Below are positions 13,601-26,905 of a stretch of 64,000 nucleotides of DNA, piece after piece. Source of the DNA: Selaginella moellendorffii (Eukaryota > Plantae > Lycopodiophyta). The stretch is from positions 633,774 through 697,773 of the forward strand of contig NW_003314329.1 in the NCBI RefSeq assembly GCF_000143415.4. Direction: 5' to 3'. Position 1 is the stretch's first letter; every line of letters starts with the position of its first letter. The notes under the pieces were generated by a model. The model did not search any database. It saw nothing but the letters and a program-made list of their open reading frames with translations, and had not been told where the DNA came from. A program made the position numbers and the translations under genes.

Positions 13601-14736
13601 CACGAAGGGGAAATGTCATAGAGGTAGGCTCGTGGAGCCGATGGTGTGGAGACACCAAATGTGCCAAGGTGTGATACCTTGAGGCTATATTGGTGGGTTC
13701 ATGAGAACCCTTTGCCAAAGGAATCCCAATGGAAATGGGAATAGCATAGCCTAAGCTGCAAAGCATGCAGTTGGAGTGTGGTGACCCAGATAATGATGGA
13801 GGTGTGAAAGCACCAAGCAATGAGTTGTAGGACTTGACAACTATGAGGCAACTAAGCAAGAGGTGCAAAATAACTGGTTAAACGGGTAGATGGTAGCTAC
13901 CCAAGACTTCTTAATAGCATAGGGAAGTTGGATATACCCTTACAGGGGATGAGTTGCTTGTGTTGCGATATAGTAAGTCAATGTCATAAAAGGAAATAGT
14001 CATTGTCAAGAAAGCCATCATTGGGACACCCGAACACTCTAGAACACCAGAAGGTGGTGTTTGATGTCGCGAGGGCAATGGATAAAGCCCAAGGGACTAA
14101 ATCCCTAACGAATGATGGATAGAAGGTGCTATCCAAATGTCCAATGTTGTTGAGACAAGAGAAGACTATCTACCCGAATTGGACAAAGCCAAAAATGGAA
14201 TTTTGGCAAGGCTAGTGATGGGTATGTAAAGGCCCATAAGCAGCAACGTTAACCCCGGTGTGTGGGATTATAGGGTGAGCATACCTGGATTGAGGAACCA
14301 CTCCCTAGGCTATCGGGTAGGTTCATCCTTAAGAATACTTGCTAAGGCATGATAGAAAGTGCAAAGCTATCCTCCTAGTCTGGAAGAGAATGACCGAAGG
14401 AAAGGTGTGAAGCCAAAAGCAAGAAGTAAGGGGGTAGAACCGAACCATAGGAATCGAAGGGCATAACCAAGGTTGGTTATGCCAGCTGGGAGTGGAGAAT
14501 CAAGTGGGGGCTCGAGGGTGTTGCCGCTAGCAACCGTGATGCCATGGAGAGTCTAAAATATGGAATTGTCCATGTTAGACTATATGGTAATTGGAAAGCT
14601 TGCAAAAAGGGAGGCCTTAGCAAGCTAAGGGACAGAGCTTGGATGAGGACCCAAAGAGGTTGTAAGTGAGACTCCTCCAAATGGTCAAAAGTATAGGTAA
14701 ATGACTAAAGTAAAATAGAAAATGTAGTTGTTTACA
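10670..14736 (+). mobile_element. family-1 element: 5' LTR 10670-12600, PBS, internal region to ~14660, fused by deletion to the last ~80 bp of a 3' LTR
   Basis: LTR termini; PBS ACTTGGTATCGGAGC at 12601; LTR tail ending TTTACA at 14736; no gag/pol recognisable. Confidence 0.85.
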
Positions 14737-15858
14737 TTGCTTCGTATAGTAATACCATAAGTATAAAGTTAAAACCACATATACTACACTAGTTTAAGAA
14801 AAAATCAGATCTATAAATACCACACTCTTAACTATTAGTGAAACAAATCAATAGTAGTGATTAAGATTTTAAATCATGCTTATTAAATTTTTTTATAGAG
14901 CTTCATATTTAATGCAAAGATTGATTGGTTTGTCATCTCTAGCATTTGTTTAGGATGGAACTTTAATTGATTAGATCCATCACAACCATAATTATTTGTA
15001 TAAATAAAAAGATTATATGAGAATTTAAATCAAATTTATTTATAAATCTTTAAAAATAGAAAACCACAATATACATCCCTTCTTTTGCTTAAGCATTCTC
15101 TACATTGTTTGCTCTTTTTTACAAGAGCTCTCTCAAATGTTTTGATTTTGTTCCATATAGAAGGTGGTTCCAATTAGACATATCTATGGACAGAGTATGT
15201 CCTAAATACAATAATGTTATTCCTATAACCCAATTCACAACTTATATCATTTCATAATTAAATTTTTTTTGAGATTATCTTAGAGACTTCTTGGAATTGG
15301 GGTGAAACAAACTTTCATATATAAGTGTGGTCAAAATTATATGCACTATATTAGTGGAGGGGAGGGGCATTGCAGTAGTGCTTTGTTATAGCATTTTGGT
15401 TTGTTCTATTATATTTGTTGAGATTTAGGTTTTCCATTATGTAAGCCATTGGTGTTATATTCTCAAATGGCATTAGTCCAAAGGCCATTCTTATAGATGT
15501 ATCTTTCTCTCTACTATATCTTGGGACTTTTATTTGCAAGTTAAAGAGTTTAGCTTAAGTTTTAATTGTACTTTTCTATAAATATTATGAATTTGAATAT
15601 GTTAAGATTCGTGGTGAACTTAACTTTATGCTATATTTCAAGAACTCTTTGCACTTTATACAAATAAGAAGCTTTTTTAAGAGACATAATATATATTATC
15701 AATAGGTTTATACTATATGCTTTTTTATCTTTAACTATTTTCTAGTATTACCTTAGGCATATCTATAGAATGTAGAGTATGTCCTAAGTTTTTCCTACAT
15801 CTTGATTTACAATCTAACATCATTCTAATTGGTTAGCTAAGATTGAGTCTAAGTATAG

Positions 15859-16795
15859 TGTAAGGAACCAACTCATCAAAGTGTTGTAAGCTAAAGGATC
15901 CCCCAGAATCACAATTGAGATGATAAAGAGTTCATCTGATGAGATTGAGTCTGAAACCAAGTTTGAAACCAAGTCCAAAATCAAGTCTAAGATCCAAGAT
16001 CAAGTTCAAGCAAGTCTGAGACTAAGTCCGAGTATTAATACAGGCCTAAAGCCTAAAGTAAGCCTAAAGTACAAGCCTAAAGTAATCATCCCTTGGGGGT
16101 TCTAAAGTTTAGTAGGGATAGTAAGGCTAAAGATTCAATCTTGAAGGAACTTTCCAATAGTGCTTCTAAAAGGGTTGGGATTGGGGGTTAATAGCCTTGG
16201 GTGGGAGTAAGTATGGGCTTGAGAAGTGCCAAATAAGCTTCTCAAAAAAGTGCTCAAAAATAGCTCTTACTCCCAAAAAGAAAATCAACTGCGATGCTCT
16301 CAACTCACGTAGAGTGGTGCCCCACTTGACTACCATGAGGCTTATTAGGCCTTGCCCCTCCTAAAGGCTTGGGACTCTCTTTGGGATGAAGGTGGGGCAT
16401 TGGAGTATCCATATCGGGCCGTTAAGCCATGGTGTTTTCCCTTGGTGTCCCAAGCAAAGAAATGCACCCAAGGCTTGGGATTTAGAAGGTCTCATGAACA
16501 AGTTTTATATACCATGGGATGTTAAAAACTTGGAGACTTAGTGTGCTTAGCTGCTTGTGTTTGTGGGGATTATAGTTGAACCTTGAGTCTAATCTAACTT
16601 GGGGAGGGGGATTATGAGAGAGTTTGGGAATCCATGAAGAGTTGGCTAACACCCCATTGCTCGTAAGTAGGACTATGTCAGAGTTCATACAATAGGTGGG
16701 AACTTTTGCAAGGGAACTTAGTTGAAGTCAAGGCAAAGGTGGTCAAATAAAAGATAAGTTGGCAAATTGGAAAAAAGAAAAATTTATGGTTTACA
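15859..16795 (+). mobile_element. LTR, family 2 (related to family 1)
   Basis: TGTAAGG...TTTACA; colinear with 57027-58219; decayed GAGTCC-type repeats; no TSD seen. Confidence 0.75.
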
Positions 16796-16993
16796 TCCAA
16801 GGGCATGCAAAGGCTACGTGGATGTGTTCTCACCATGTATAGGCTTTACTCAGTTACTAAGAGCTTTAGTTAGCCTTGGCATTTGAAATTTAACCCTCCA
16901 ATCTCTAGCATCTTAGTTGATGTTGGTTGTGCATTGCCTTTGCTCAATCTCTAGGTGTTAAGACTTATGTGCCTTGCATCTTTAGATAGTAGC

Positions 16994-17478
16994 TACATGG
17001 TTAATCTTGCTAGTAGTCATGCTTGTCTCAAAAATTAGGCCATGCATGTGTAAGTATAAACTTTTTTGTACTATGAAACTATGAATGGCTCATTAAATCA
17101 AAATAGTTTATTTGATGGGTACCTTACTACTCAGATAACCATAGTAATTCTAGAGCTAATACATGAAAAGAGTCCCGAACTCTTGAAGGGACACTTCCTA
17201 GATTCAAGGCTGATGTAGACTTCTCTGTATTCTTAGTGATTCATGGTAAATCATCAAATTGTGTAGCCCTTGTGCCAACGATGCTTCAATCAAATTTCTA
17301 CTCTATCAAATTTCAATGGTAGAATAGAGGCCTACTATGGTGGTGATGGGTAATGCAGAATTAGGGTTTGATTCTAGAGAGGGAGATTGAGACAAGATTA
17401 CCATATCCAATGAAGGTAGTAGGTATGTAAATTATATGGGGAGCTAGTAACAATAAATAATAATACTAAACTTTTAAA
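16994..17478 (+). pseudogene. 18S rRNA 5' fragment (orphan rDNA pseudogene), possibly preceded by 5' ETS
   Basis: TACATGGTTAATCTTGCTAGTAGTCATGCTTGTCTCAAAAATTAGGCCATGCATGTGTAAGTATAAAC matches the 18S 5' end; further conserved blocks (GAATGGCTCATTAAATCA, TAATTCTAGAGCTAATAC, GAATTAGGGTT) with many transitions. Confidence 0.92.
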
Positions 17479-17479
17479 A

Positions 17480-19717
17480 TTGGAGCAGAACCTAAGTTTT
17501 AGGGCCTTGGGGCTTTGAACAAAGGGATGGAGCCAAACTCCCAAGCATGCAATCAAGGAGCAAAGGAATTAGAGCAAGGATGGAGGTAATGATCCTATGT
17601 TACTTAGTGTAACAATCAAGGGATACGAGCAAAAGACTAGTGGCCAAGTTTAGGTCATGGGATTCATTGAAAGAGATCCAAACAACAAAGTTGAGCAAGG
17701 AACACTTATGTGTTGAATGCTAATGGATCGTGGGAAAAGAAATATGTTTCTAAAGATGAATTCTTAAATGTTCCAATTTGGCAAAGGAGGAAGCTCCAAG
17801 AGGGGGAGTAGCAAGGTATCCAAGTGATAGGGCCATAGACAGCCTTAGCACAAAATATAAATAAATGGAACTTAGTGCCTAGAGTGGCACAAAATAGAAA
17901 AGAGGATGATAGTATCCTCAAGTATAGAACTTTTTAAGATGGGGGAGTGGAGCTTGCACAACATGTGCAATACAAGGTATCAAAGACACCTAGGAAATTG
18001 TCTTTAAGAAGTCAAAAGTTAAAAATTCCAAAGTGCAATAATTATATCAATAGAAGTTGAGACTACTCAAGAATGAGTAGTGGGATAAGATAAAAAAGGT
18101 TCCTTTAACAAGTTTAGTGGTAATTTATGATGGGGTTACTTTATAAAATAGTTTATTGTTCGATGAGGACATCAAACTTTGTTTATGGGTGGTGGAGTTG
18201 TGAGACACAAATCCTCAAGCCCCAAAGTGGAGCCAAAAGGGTGCCATGTGGTAGTGGCCAAAGAAAAAGCCAAACGAGCATAACGCATTTGGACTAAAAG
18301 TTCCAACTTGAAGAGTCGAAAGTGGGAGTGGAACTCCCAATAAAGTGCTTAAAGAATGAGCACAAGGCAAACAATAAGAAAGTCTTTAAAAAAGAGACAC
18401 GAGATGGACCAAAGTGGAGTCCAAGATGGACCCAAGATAGAGTCCGAGATGGACCGAGATGGAGTCCGAGATGGAGCCCAATATGGAGTTCGAGATGGAC
18501 CCAAGATGTAGTCCAAGATGGACCAAGATGGAGTCTGAGATGGACCTAAGATGGTGTCTGAGATGGACCTGAGATGGAGTCTAAGATGGATCCGAGATGG
18601 ACCCGAGATGGAATCCAAGACGAGATTGAGACTGAGACTGAGTCCGAGTTTGAGGCTGAGTCTGAGTCCAAGTTCGAGTCTGAATACTAATACAGGATGT
18701 TGGGTGAAAGCCCAAAGCGATTGTCCCCCAGAGGGGGGGCAAAATCTGGGGGGGGGGGGGGGGGGGACTATTGAGGGTTCCAAAAGTATAGTAGGGAGAG
18801 TGTGAGGGTTGGACTCCAATAGAACTAGTTTGGCTAGGAAAGGCTAATGTGGCCTAGGAAGGCTATACCCACGTGTTAGGTGATGATATAACCACTGGGA
18901 AGTCCAAGGCTAGAGTGAATACAGACTGACAAGTAGGATAGCTTGGTGAAATGTTCAAGAGCCAGCTTTAGTTCCCTCAGGATATCAAATGGTCGATGCT
19001 CCCAGTCCAAGTGTGGGTGGCACTACCTACTTGGATACCTGGCATGGCTCAATGGAACCTCGCTCTAGCCCCATGGCTAGAGCACCAAATGTAGAAGGTG
19101 GGGAGAGTACCCAAGTGGCTCGTGTAGGGCCATGATGTTCTGAAATGTTGTCCCAAAGTCCCAAACTATGGAAAGGAAGAGGAGCAGTCCTCAGGTGTAG
19201 TAACCAAGGACACAGTCAAATGGTGAGGAAGTCCTAGAGGACAATAGGACTTAGTGGTCGGGCTTGTGGCAATGTTAGCGAACATGGTCATGGACAAAAA
19301 GGGATTTGGTGAGGACAGAAAAAGGGATATTGGGGAAGGTTATTCCCCATGTCTGGGGGCATCCTAAGGATGCTAAGGAGTGGATCTGGGATGATCACTC
19401 ATGGATGGATAGCCCAATCTCTGAGAGATGGGACTGTGATGTAGGTAGTGTTGGATTACCAGTGTGATAAAAGTGAATCAGCATGGCCTTAGCATAATGG
19501 GCTAATATGTCGGTGGTAACTTTAGGTGTTAGTCATAGGATCAGACATGTGGAGCACTTGGACCAAGTGTAAAGGTTAAGTGGTATGGATGCCATTCTCA
19601 GGGTTAACAAGTCCTAAGTCTAGAAAAGGACTTACGAAAGTTGTGAGTGAGACTCCTCTAAGTTGTTAAAGATGTAGTTAAGTGACTAAAGTAGAATGGA
19701 AAATTTAGTCGCTTACA
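17480..19717 (+). mobile_element. family-1 3' internal region, PPT and 3' LTR (18199-19717)
   Basis: purine tract GGGTGGTGGAG before TGTGAGACAC; ends GCTTACA; internal part homologous to ~38200-39090. Confidence 0.85.
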
Positions 19718-19859
19718 TTTGGCTTATGCTCTGGTTTTATATATTACAGATCCAAGCAAACTATATGTGGTGGTTGTGGTGCAATTTTAATATCAACATG
19801 AACCAAGATATACTTGGCCATTATACAAGAGAGACACCAACACAGACACCAATGCAAGA

Positions 19860-20840
19860 CATTCATCCTATTGCATATGAGAGCATGATATTAAATCCAA
19901 TAAAGCAGCAAAACTTTACATATGAGTAGAAGGTTTTGGCAACTATTAATGCACTATGTGTGTGGTGGCATTGTTTATTTGATGATCATGGATTATAAGG
20001 TGTTAGTGTTCTTATTCACCTAGAAGGAACTTAACTCTCACCAAGCACAATAGATGATCAAACTCATGGAGTTTGGTGAATTTCCAATCAAGCACAAGAT
20101 TAGATGTGTGAATGTGGTGATTGATTTGTCTCATATATGCTGTACTTTTGTGGGAGAATTTTAGGAAAGGATTTATCATGCTTTGATAAAGGTAATGATT
20201 GAATTTGCTAGTATGGTCAAGCAAGTTTAATAGCAAGATGCAAAGGTACAAAAACTTAGTGTGCATATGGAGCCAACTTTGTCATGCTAGAATGGCTTAC
20301 TTTTGTATAATAGCCAAGTATATCTTCCCAAGTTGATGAGCTGATTAACCACATTTTTTATTATTATCATGATCGCCTGGAGGCTTGTCATTTTGGGGGG
20401 AGGAAGACTTACAAATTGGTCAAGTGCAAATTCTTTTGGAAGAATATGAAAAATGACATTCTCAAATATTGCAACACATGTGAGAATTATCAATAAGTGA
20501 TAGTGTCAAGGGAAAAGCTAATAGGGCTTTTGGTGCCAAAGGATAGATAAATAAGCATATCCATAGATTTTATCATGCATTTGCCAAAAACAAAGGCAAA
20601 ATGAACAAGCTTGGGTCATTATGGATCACTTGACTAAATTTGTAAGGTTGATTAGGTGGCAAATAGTATGGACTTGGGTGTAGTATACCCTAAATGTGTC
20701 TTTCCTCAATTTAGTTTACTAGTGGAGATTGTGAGCAACAAAGACTCAAAATTCACAAGTGAATTTTTGAGAAGTTTCATGAAACTCATAAAAATTGACA
20801 TCAAGTTAAATAGTGAGGATAATCCTTAGACAAATGGAAG
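19860..20840 (+). mobile_element. degenerate Ty3/gypsy pol fragment (RNase H-integrase)
   Basis: translates to KELNSHQA..MIKLMEFGEFPIKH, HFGGRKTYKLVKCKFFWKNMKNDILKYCNTCE and DSKFTSEF; paralogous to 42.9-44.4 kb; many stops. Confidence 0.8.
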
Positions 20841-20844
20841 ATGA

Positions 20845-21835
20845 CAGCTGTGTGCCCTGATGAGATGAGCTATTTGCTGCTTCTCACGCCTTGCGCTCAA
20901 AGTGGAGAAGTGGGAGGGAGATCCCGTTTTGATGATGATGGATTACGAGCTAAAAGCTAGAAAAGAGCATTACAGCTGCATGGTGGATGCTCGCAGCAGA
21001 GCTGGGTGCTCTGATCAAGCCCGAGACTTGTCTGGACTGGACAAGCCTTCTGACGAGCCTCAAAGAAGGGGCACGTTCGCATAGATGGGCACATCGCATT
21101 GACAGTCAAGAAAGAAAGTAACCATGGTCTGGGCTAATGCTCAAAACGGGCACTACGATCGACCAGTGGAAGTCTTCCAGCTTATGAATCTCAAGGGTGT
21201 CAAGCCGGACGAGTTGACGTTCCGGAGTGTTCTAACTTTGTGCAGCCATGTTGGTCTAGTAGCCGTCGTCTTGATCAGCCAACGCTTTGGGATGGTGAGA
21301 GCACTAACTATTGCTGCATGATCGACATCCTGGGTCGATCTGGGAGAACTCTGAGTGCTGAGGAGGTTGTCAACTCGAAGCCATTCCTTCCCGATGTCAT
21401 GATCTGGATGCCGCTGCTGGGAGCTTGCCGCCTCCACTGGCTTGCCGATTGTGCTGAGATAGTTGCAGCGAAGATCTTGGAGCTGGAGCCCGGCTACATG
21501 ACTGCCTACCTCGTTTTCTCAAACATGTACTCGTCGATCGGTGGGAAAACTTCCGGGGATTGCAAAGTTCACAGCTTCGTGGTAGGGATCTTTTGCAACC
21601 TCACAGCAAAGACATCGTCGTGGATCCAGCTCCAGTAGAGAAATGCGAGATGCTGGCTACATTCCCGACACAAAGGAGATCTTGCACGACATTAGGAAGG
21701 AGCAAAAGGAGGAGCTGCTGCACTACCACAGCCTGTGGCTTTTGGATTGATCAGCACGGTGGGACTGCCACCCGGCTATCAAGTTAAGATGGTGGGATGC
21801 CCGTGAGTGACGCTAGCCGGTTCCACCACTTCAGC
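20845..21835 (+). pseudogene. PLS-class PPR protein with E/E+ and partial DYW domain, frameshifted
   Basis: HYSCMVD, GVKPDELTFRSVLTLCSHVGLV, YCCMIDILGRSG, W..LLGACRLH, LELEPG...YLVFSNMY, KVHSFVVG, GYIPDT..LHD...EQKEELLHYHS, DASRFHHF, spread over several frames. Confidence 0.88.
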
Positions 21836-22699
21836 ACCAGTGAGTTTACTCGGCTCGTTTCGAGAGACTGATGCTGGTGAGGTATTTCTGGTTCCGTCAT
21901 CGTGGCTATATTATTTTCTTGCAGCAGAATGTACTTGTGCAGAACCCAAAAAAGAATTTTATAAACGGGAGGGACAATCTCAAACAAAGTTGGATCAGAC
22001 TTGGTTGATGTGGTCCTATTGCTGCTAAGAACAAGCATCAAACCTGGATAGAACACGACAAGGAAGTGCCTTGATGAAATCTCAAGTTCCCCAGGATTTG
22101 AAAGAACAGAGAAGTAATACCTCCCTTAACTTTGCTGCTAATCAAGAGCATAATTTAAACTTCAATACTCAAACAAGCCATCATCGGACATTCAGTCTTT
22201 GGATGCGGATATTGGTTTCTGTTGCAGCAAACCCTGTTTCTCAGAATAAGAAAAGGTAGCTTCACAGGGAACTTAGTGGTGAAATCTTCATTTTATAATG
22301 GTTTCTTTCCTGAGCTTGATAGCCACAGAAAGGACGACAACCTTATAAAACATTCCCACAAGCTGAAGAATTTGCCACAAAACAAGAAATGACCAAGAGC
22401 TAGCGCCGTTGTTTACATTATGGTAAGAAGCAATTAGTGTCCAAATTAGCTCGGAATCTAAGTCTATCAAACTCGTCCCTAAGAGTGGCTAAGAACGAAC
22501 CAGATGAGCTTGGAGAGTCACTGGCCAAGAGGAGGAAGACCCACTATGCAACACTTTTCAAAAGATTGCAAAGAATCTGGAATAAATCACTTGGCCTCTT
22601 CAAATAAGACACGAGATACATGGATAACCATACAAAACCATACAAAATCCGAAAACAAGCCAATCAGTGGTGGACTCTACAGGTTCAAGATGTCGTAAC

Positions 22700-23531
22700 T
22701 AGACCCAATAATTGTGTTAAAACTCTTTTCATTGGCTACAACTGTTGAAAATGTTCATCTTCATTCACTCATTGCTATAAGCACATCTAATATAGGCAAA
22801 ACAACTCCTTCATTGAACAAATCAATCAACAAGATTTGTTCATCTACTATATGTCCTTTCACGAACTTGACATGAGACTTAGCAGGATCATGTGTCTTCA
22901 ACCAGGCCATAGGTGGACCTCTAAGCACGGTGCTATTGAGGCATCGAGGGCATCTGGTTGATATATGGGATCTTGAGCACTTTGCTGGTACTTCCCCAAA
23001 CCCATGCCTTCAGTCCAACCGTGTCTACATAACATCTGATACCCCTTGTTATCAGAAGGGAGACACTTGCCAAACTAGGAGACTCAAACATGATGAATTG
23101 TCATTGAAGACGGTGTGGATTCGGACTGATCCTAGACTGCTGGATGACAGCGATGTTGTCTGGTAGAGGTTGACGAGCATACACCTGTGTAGTGGAAGAG
23201 CCAAAGGCTGCAGGAAGATGGTATTGTTATTGCCATTGATAATGTTGCTCATTGCTTGACAAAACAACAATCTTCCATGTGCCCAAGTTTACAGAACACC
23301 TGGATTTTTTATAAAAATTTGTAGGTCATTGTGGAAGCTGATGACCTGAATTGCGATGGAGCTGAGTGCTTGACCCAAAAGAGAGAGCTGGAAATATGCT
23401 GTATGTGAGTCTCCAGGAATGGCAGTCAAGAAAGACTTGACGCTTTCAACATGCGGATGGGGATCTTCGTCTGGATCTCCTCAAAAAGTAGAAGGATCGC
23501 TACTGTATGTGCCCGCAGATTCAGAGGACAT
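22700..23531 (-). mobile_element. degenerate retroelement-like coding remnant with gag-like N-terminus and G-patch motif
   Basis: MSSES...STF*GDPDEDPHPHVE...YFQLSLLGQA resembles the retrotransposon gag start; LPSDNKGYQMLCRHGWTEGMGLGKYQQSAQDPI (~22960-23070) fits the G-patch consensus. Confidence 0.55.
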
Positions 23532-23869
23532 GCTGCCATCTGTTGTGTCTTTTTTCTTGTCAAAGGAGAAGCACAGATTTCCGTGAACTGATCTGTTGAA
23601 ATCCAGATCTTAGATCTAGTCCAAGAAAGTCACACCCTCCCCTCAATGTCCTAGGGCAGTTCGTGACATCTTGGACACATCCAGTGGAGCTGATCTGATC
23701 CACTACCTAGCAGATTTAGTCGTTCAAAGCCCGAAATATACCCATACCTTCCTGTAAGGCACGTAAAACCAATCTGATGGTGAGAGTTATGGCAAACTCT
23801 GTCTAGTGCGTGTTTCTTCACAGCTTCACTCAGTAGGAACTGGACACACTGACTTCTTCTCTAGTGGTG

Positions 23870-26800
23870 ATTTCTTTCTCTTTTCTGTTTTGTTTTCTTT
23901 TCTCTTTCTTTCTTTTCTGTTTTGTTTCACTTTCCTCTTCCTTTCCAGGACAAGGCTATTTCAGGCAGCAAGATTCAACTTGGACTTTGGTTGCAAAGTG
24001 GTAACAATATCAATCATGTGGGAGCTCATTGCATTTACTGGCTCTAGATTCATCAGTTATCAGGTTCTTTTCATTCACTTCATTCTGCACATGTCCCACT
24101 CCATTCTCATCAACTCACAGTCCCAAACTTATCAATCACTTTGTACAACATTGTCCTTTAAGTGCTACACATGCCTGCACCAATATTATTCCATTTTTCC
24201 TGGGCTTGTATTCCATCAAAATGTGCTCAATTGCATGCTTCCCACACAGCTTGGACCCCCGTCACTCACCAGACTGCCCATCTAGTGTGGCCTAGAGCCT
24301 GCCACACAGGGACCTCTATCTCTGCCCTTGTCTTGTCCCAGCACACTTGAATCCCCCAGCCAGGTGGGGCCCCTAGCCCCCTTGAAGCAATGTAGGACAT
24401 TTCCACACTGAGCCTTGAAGTCTTGTGAGATCCCAAGTTCCTTTACTGCTGTAAAGATTTGCTACCACACCTCCCTAGCCATGTTGCACTCCCACAACAC
24501 ATGATTAACTATTTCCACCTCACCACATTCTTTACACCTCTGTTTTGCCTCCTCTCAAAACCACTGGCCAACTAGGAGACCATTGTTGGCCACCAACCAA
24601 GATGTAACTTTGGCCTTCTCCTGGATCAGGAGCTTTCAGAAGTCTAACATGTTTCCCACCACCTGTTTTGCATCCACACCTTGCACGATCCTACCACAGC
24701 TTTGGAATTTCCTCTCTTGCCTCCTCCTGAGACGTCAGCAGCCCATTCTGTGCCTCTTTGACTGCATATGAGAAAAATCCATTTGCTCCTCGCTGCCATG
24801 CTGTGGGATCCCAATCCAGATCCTCAAGTAACTGCTGCCACCACCATACCAGCAATCCATCCCCTTCTAAGAGGGCTTCTGATTCTACCACATCAAGCCG
24901 TTTGGGAGTCTAGTGCAAAACCTGTATCCACCCTCTGAACTCGTCATCCGATACCTATGGCATTACCTATGTTTCTCCCACAGGGAGAAGCATATCTCCT
25001 CTCATGACTCTAAAGGGTTGCCCTATGTTATCCATTAGTGAAATCACAAACCATACCTCCACATCCTCATTCAACCAGGCAAGAGTGGGGGCCATGAAGG
25101 CTTGGGATGAACCCAGCGGGAACCGCTTCACGCCCTGTTCCTCTCACTCTGAGTCCCTCTGCACCGTGATGAAGTCTCCTGTTCTGAGGTGATGTCTCGG
25201 CCACTCGCCCCTTTCCTTTGTTGTGTTTGCTGCACGCAAGAGTTGTAGAATATTCAGCCGGAGGTTCTGTCTTTGCCATGGGCCAAAACCCTATAGCTGT
25301 CTCACCATTGTCCTAGTGTCCTTGTCCAAAAGCCATTGGAGTGGAGTTTCCTCCAGATGGTATAGTGTGGCTCCCTACCTAGTGTGCTGTCCCCCATCTG
25401 GAATAGTGCATTGAAGAATAGGGGCTGGTTGAGCCAGTCCTCTGCCCTTCTCGGGGTGACCTACAATAGTGGGAATGTTCTCCACAATTGATGGATACCC
25501 TGGATCAAATTGCCTCCTTTGACCACCTACGTTAGCCCCTCCGCAAAAAGCCAATATGGATCTGCCTGCCAGACCTAGGCAGCATTGTGCTTGGGGCAAA
25601 TTTCCATCAAGCTCTATCGAAAGATGAGACGCCACAGTTGCCAACCTGGCTGAAGTCCCATGAGTATAACCTTGTATCTCATTGCCTTTGGGTCAATGAT
25701 ACCCAGTCCTCCTAGGATTCGTGGCCAAGCTGTAGACTGGTATGCAACCTTTGCCATTGTGTATCCTATGGCCAACGCCCCTCTCCACACATATGTGCAT
25801 ACCATGGCTCTCACCTTCTTTATTATGGACTCCAGAACAGGCCAAATCGCCAGGTGGTACCAAATGCTGGGCAGCACCACACATTTAGCCACTACAATCC
25901 TCGCTGGGATTCCGAGTTTCCTTAGGGCCCACTTCTGGATGGCCGTGTGGATTCTCCTGAGCAAGATGTCATCCTACAACACAACACTAAACTTTGTGCC
26001 TACCTGGATGCCCAAGTATTTGATCTGGCATCATCTCTAGAGTTATTGGAAGCCAATTGGAAGCCAATTAGAAGCCAATTGCTTGTCCCCATCATTTGAT
26101 CCCTGGCTTCCCCCAATTGATCCCAATTGATTTGCTCCAGTTTATTGCTGCTCCTGCAGCAAGGTTGGCTGCATCTAGATTCTCTAGTGTAACAAGCAAA
26201 AACAGTGGCTTGTTGTCCGCAAGTGCCTTGTCCAGCAGTTCTTGGTTAACCCTTTATGTCCCCGGGAGCTGTTGCCATTCTGTAGGGAGTGCCAAGCCTT
26301 TTACATCTCCTCTAGTGGCTAGAAAAGGCCCCAAGTGCCTTTGTGATGATGAGAAACAAATAGGGGGCGAGAGGACATCCCTTTCTTACTGACCTCCCTA
26401 GTTGAAAGCTCACTCCTGTCTTGCCATTTATCATGACATGACTCTCTGCTCCTTGGTATAGTAGTGAGCTCCTTGTGACCATCACCTGTGGAATCCCAAT
26501 CCTCTACATGCACTCTTCTAAAAAGTTCCAGTCCACTCTGTTGTACGCTTTTTCGAAGTCCAACAGCCACACCACAATTTGTTGTTTCAAGATCTCTGCC
26601 CATTGCTGTGCCAGTAAGTAGGTCCATATGTTCTCTAAGATCTGATGTCCTGTCACAAACCCTATCTGCCGTTCTCTGATGATCAGAGGCATTACTGGCT
26701 GGAGTTTGAGTGACATTGCCTTCACATAGATTTTGCATGATGTGTTGAGCATGGTGATTGGTCTCCAATTCCTGAGCTCTTGCAAATCCCCTCACTTGGG

Positions 26801-26905
26801 AATGAGGGTAATTTGGCCCTCTTGGATTTCCCTAGGCAGTGCCTCATTTTGCTGTGTGCACCTCCATGTCTATAGTAACATTGGGCCAAAGGCACCCAAA
26901 TGTTG
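23870..26905 (-). mobile_element. L1-type LINE ORF2 (RT and C-terminal zinc finger) with decayed A-rich tail; continues at 33936-34017
   Basis: LRNWRPITMLNTSCKI, LLDFEKAYNRVDW, KYLG, PRILGGLGIID, CKECGEVE..NHVLWEC..AREVW; pyrimidine run 23871-23945; the K..GGDGL motif resumes beyond the MULE insertion. Confidence 0.88.

Noticed and set aside
12601-14660. Hidden pol in the family-1 internal region
   Set aside because: No RT, RNase H or integrase motifs were found in the frames inspected, and short ORFs are not conserved between copies; a profile search would be needed to exclude very old remnants.
14740-15850. AT-rich stretch with a short duplicated motif (near 15175 and 15755)
   Set aside because: No termini, TSD or coding signal could be defined.
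18730-18770. Poly-G run (also near 34713) as a G-quadruplex element
   Set aside because: It is a variable homopolymer expansion of a short G tract in only some LTR copies.
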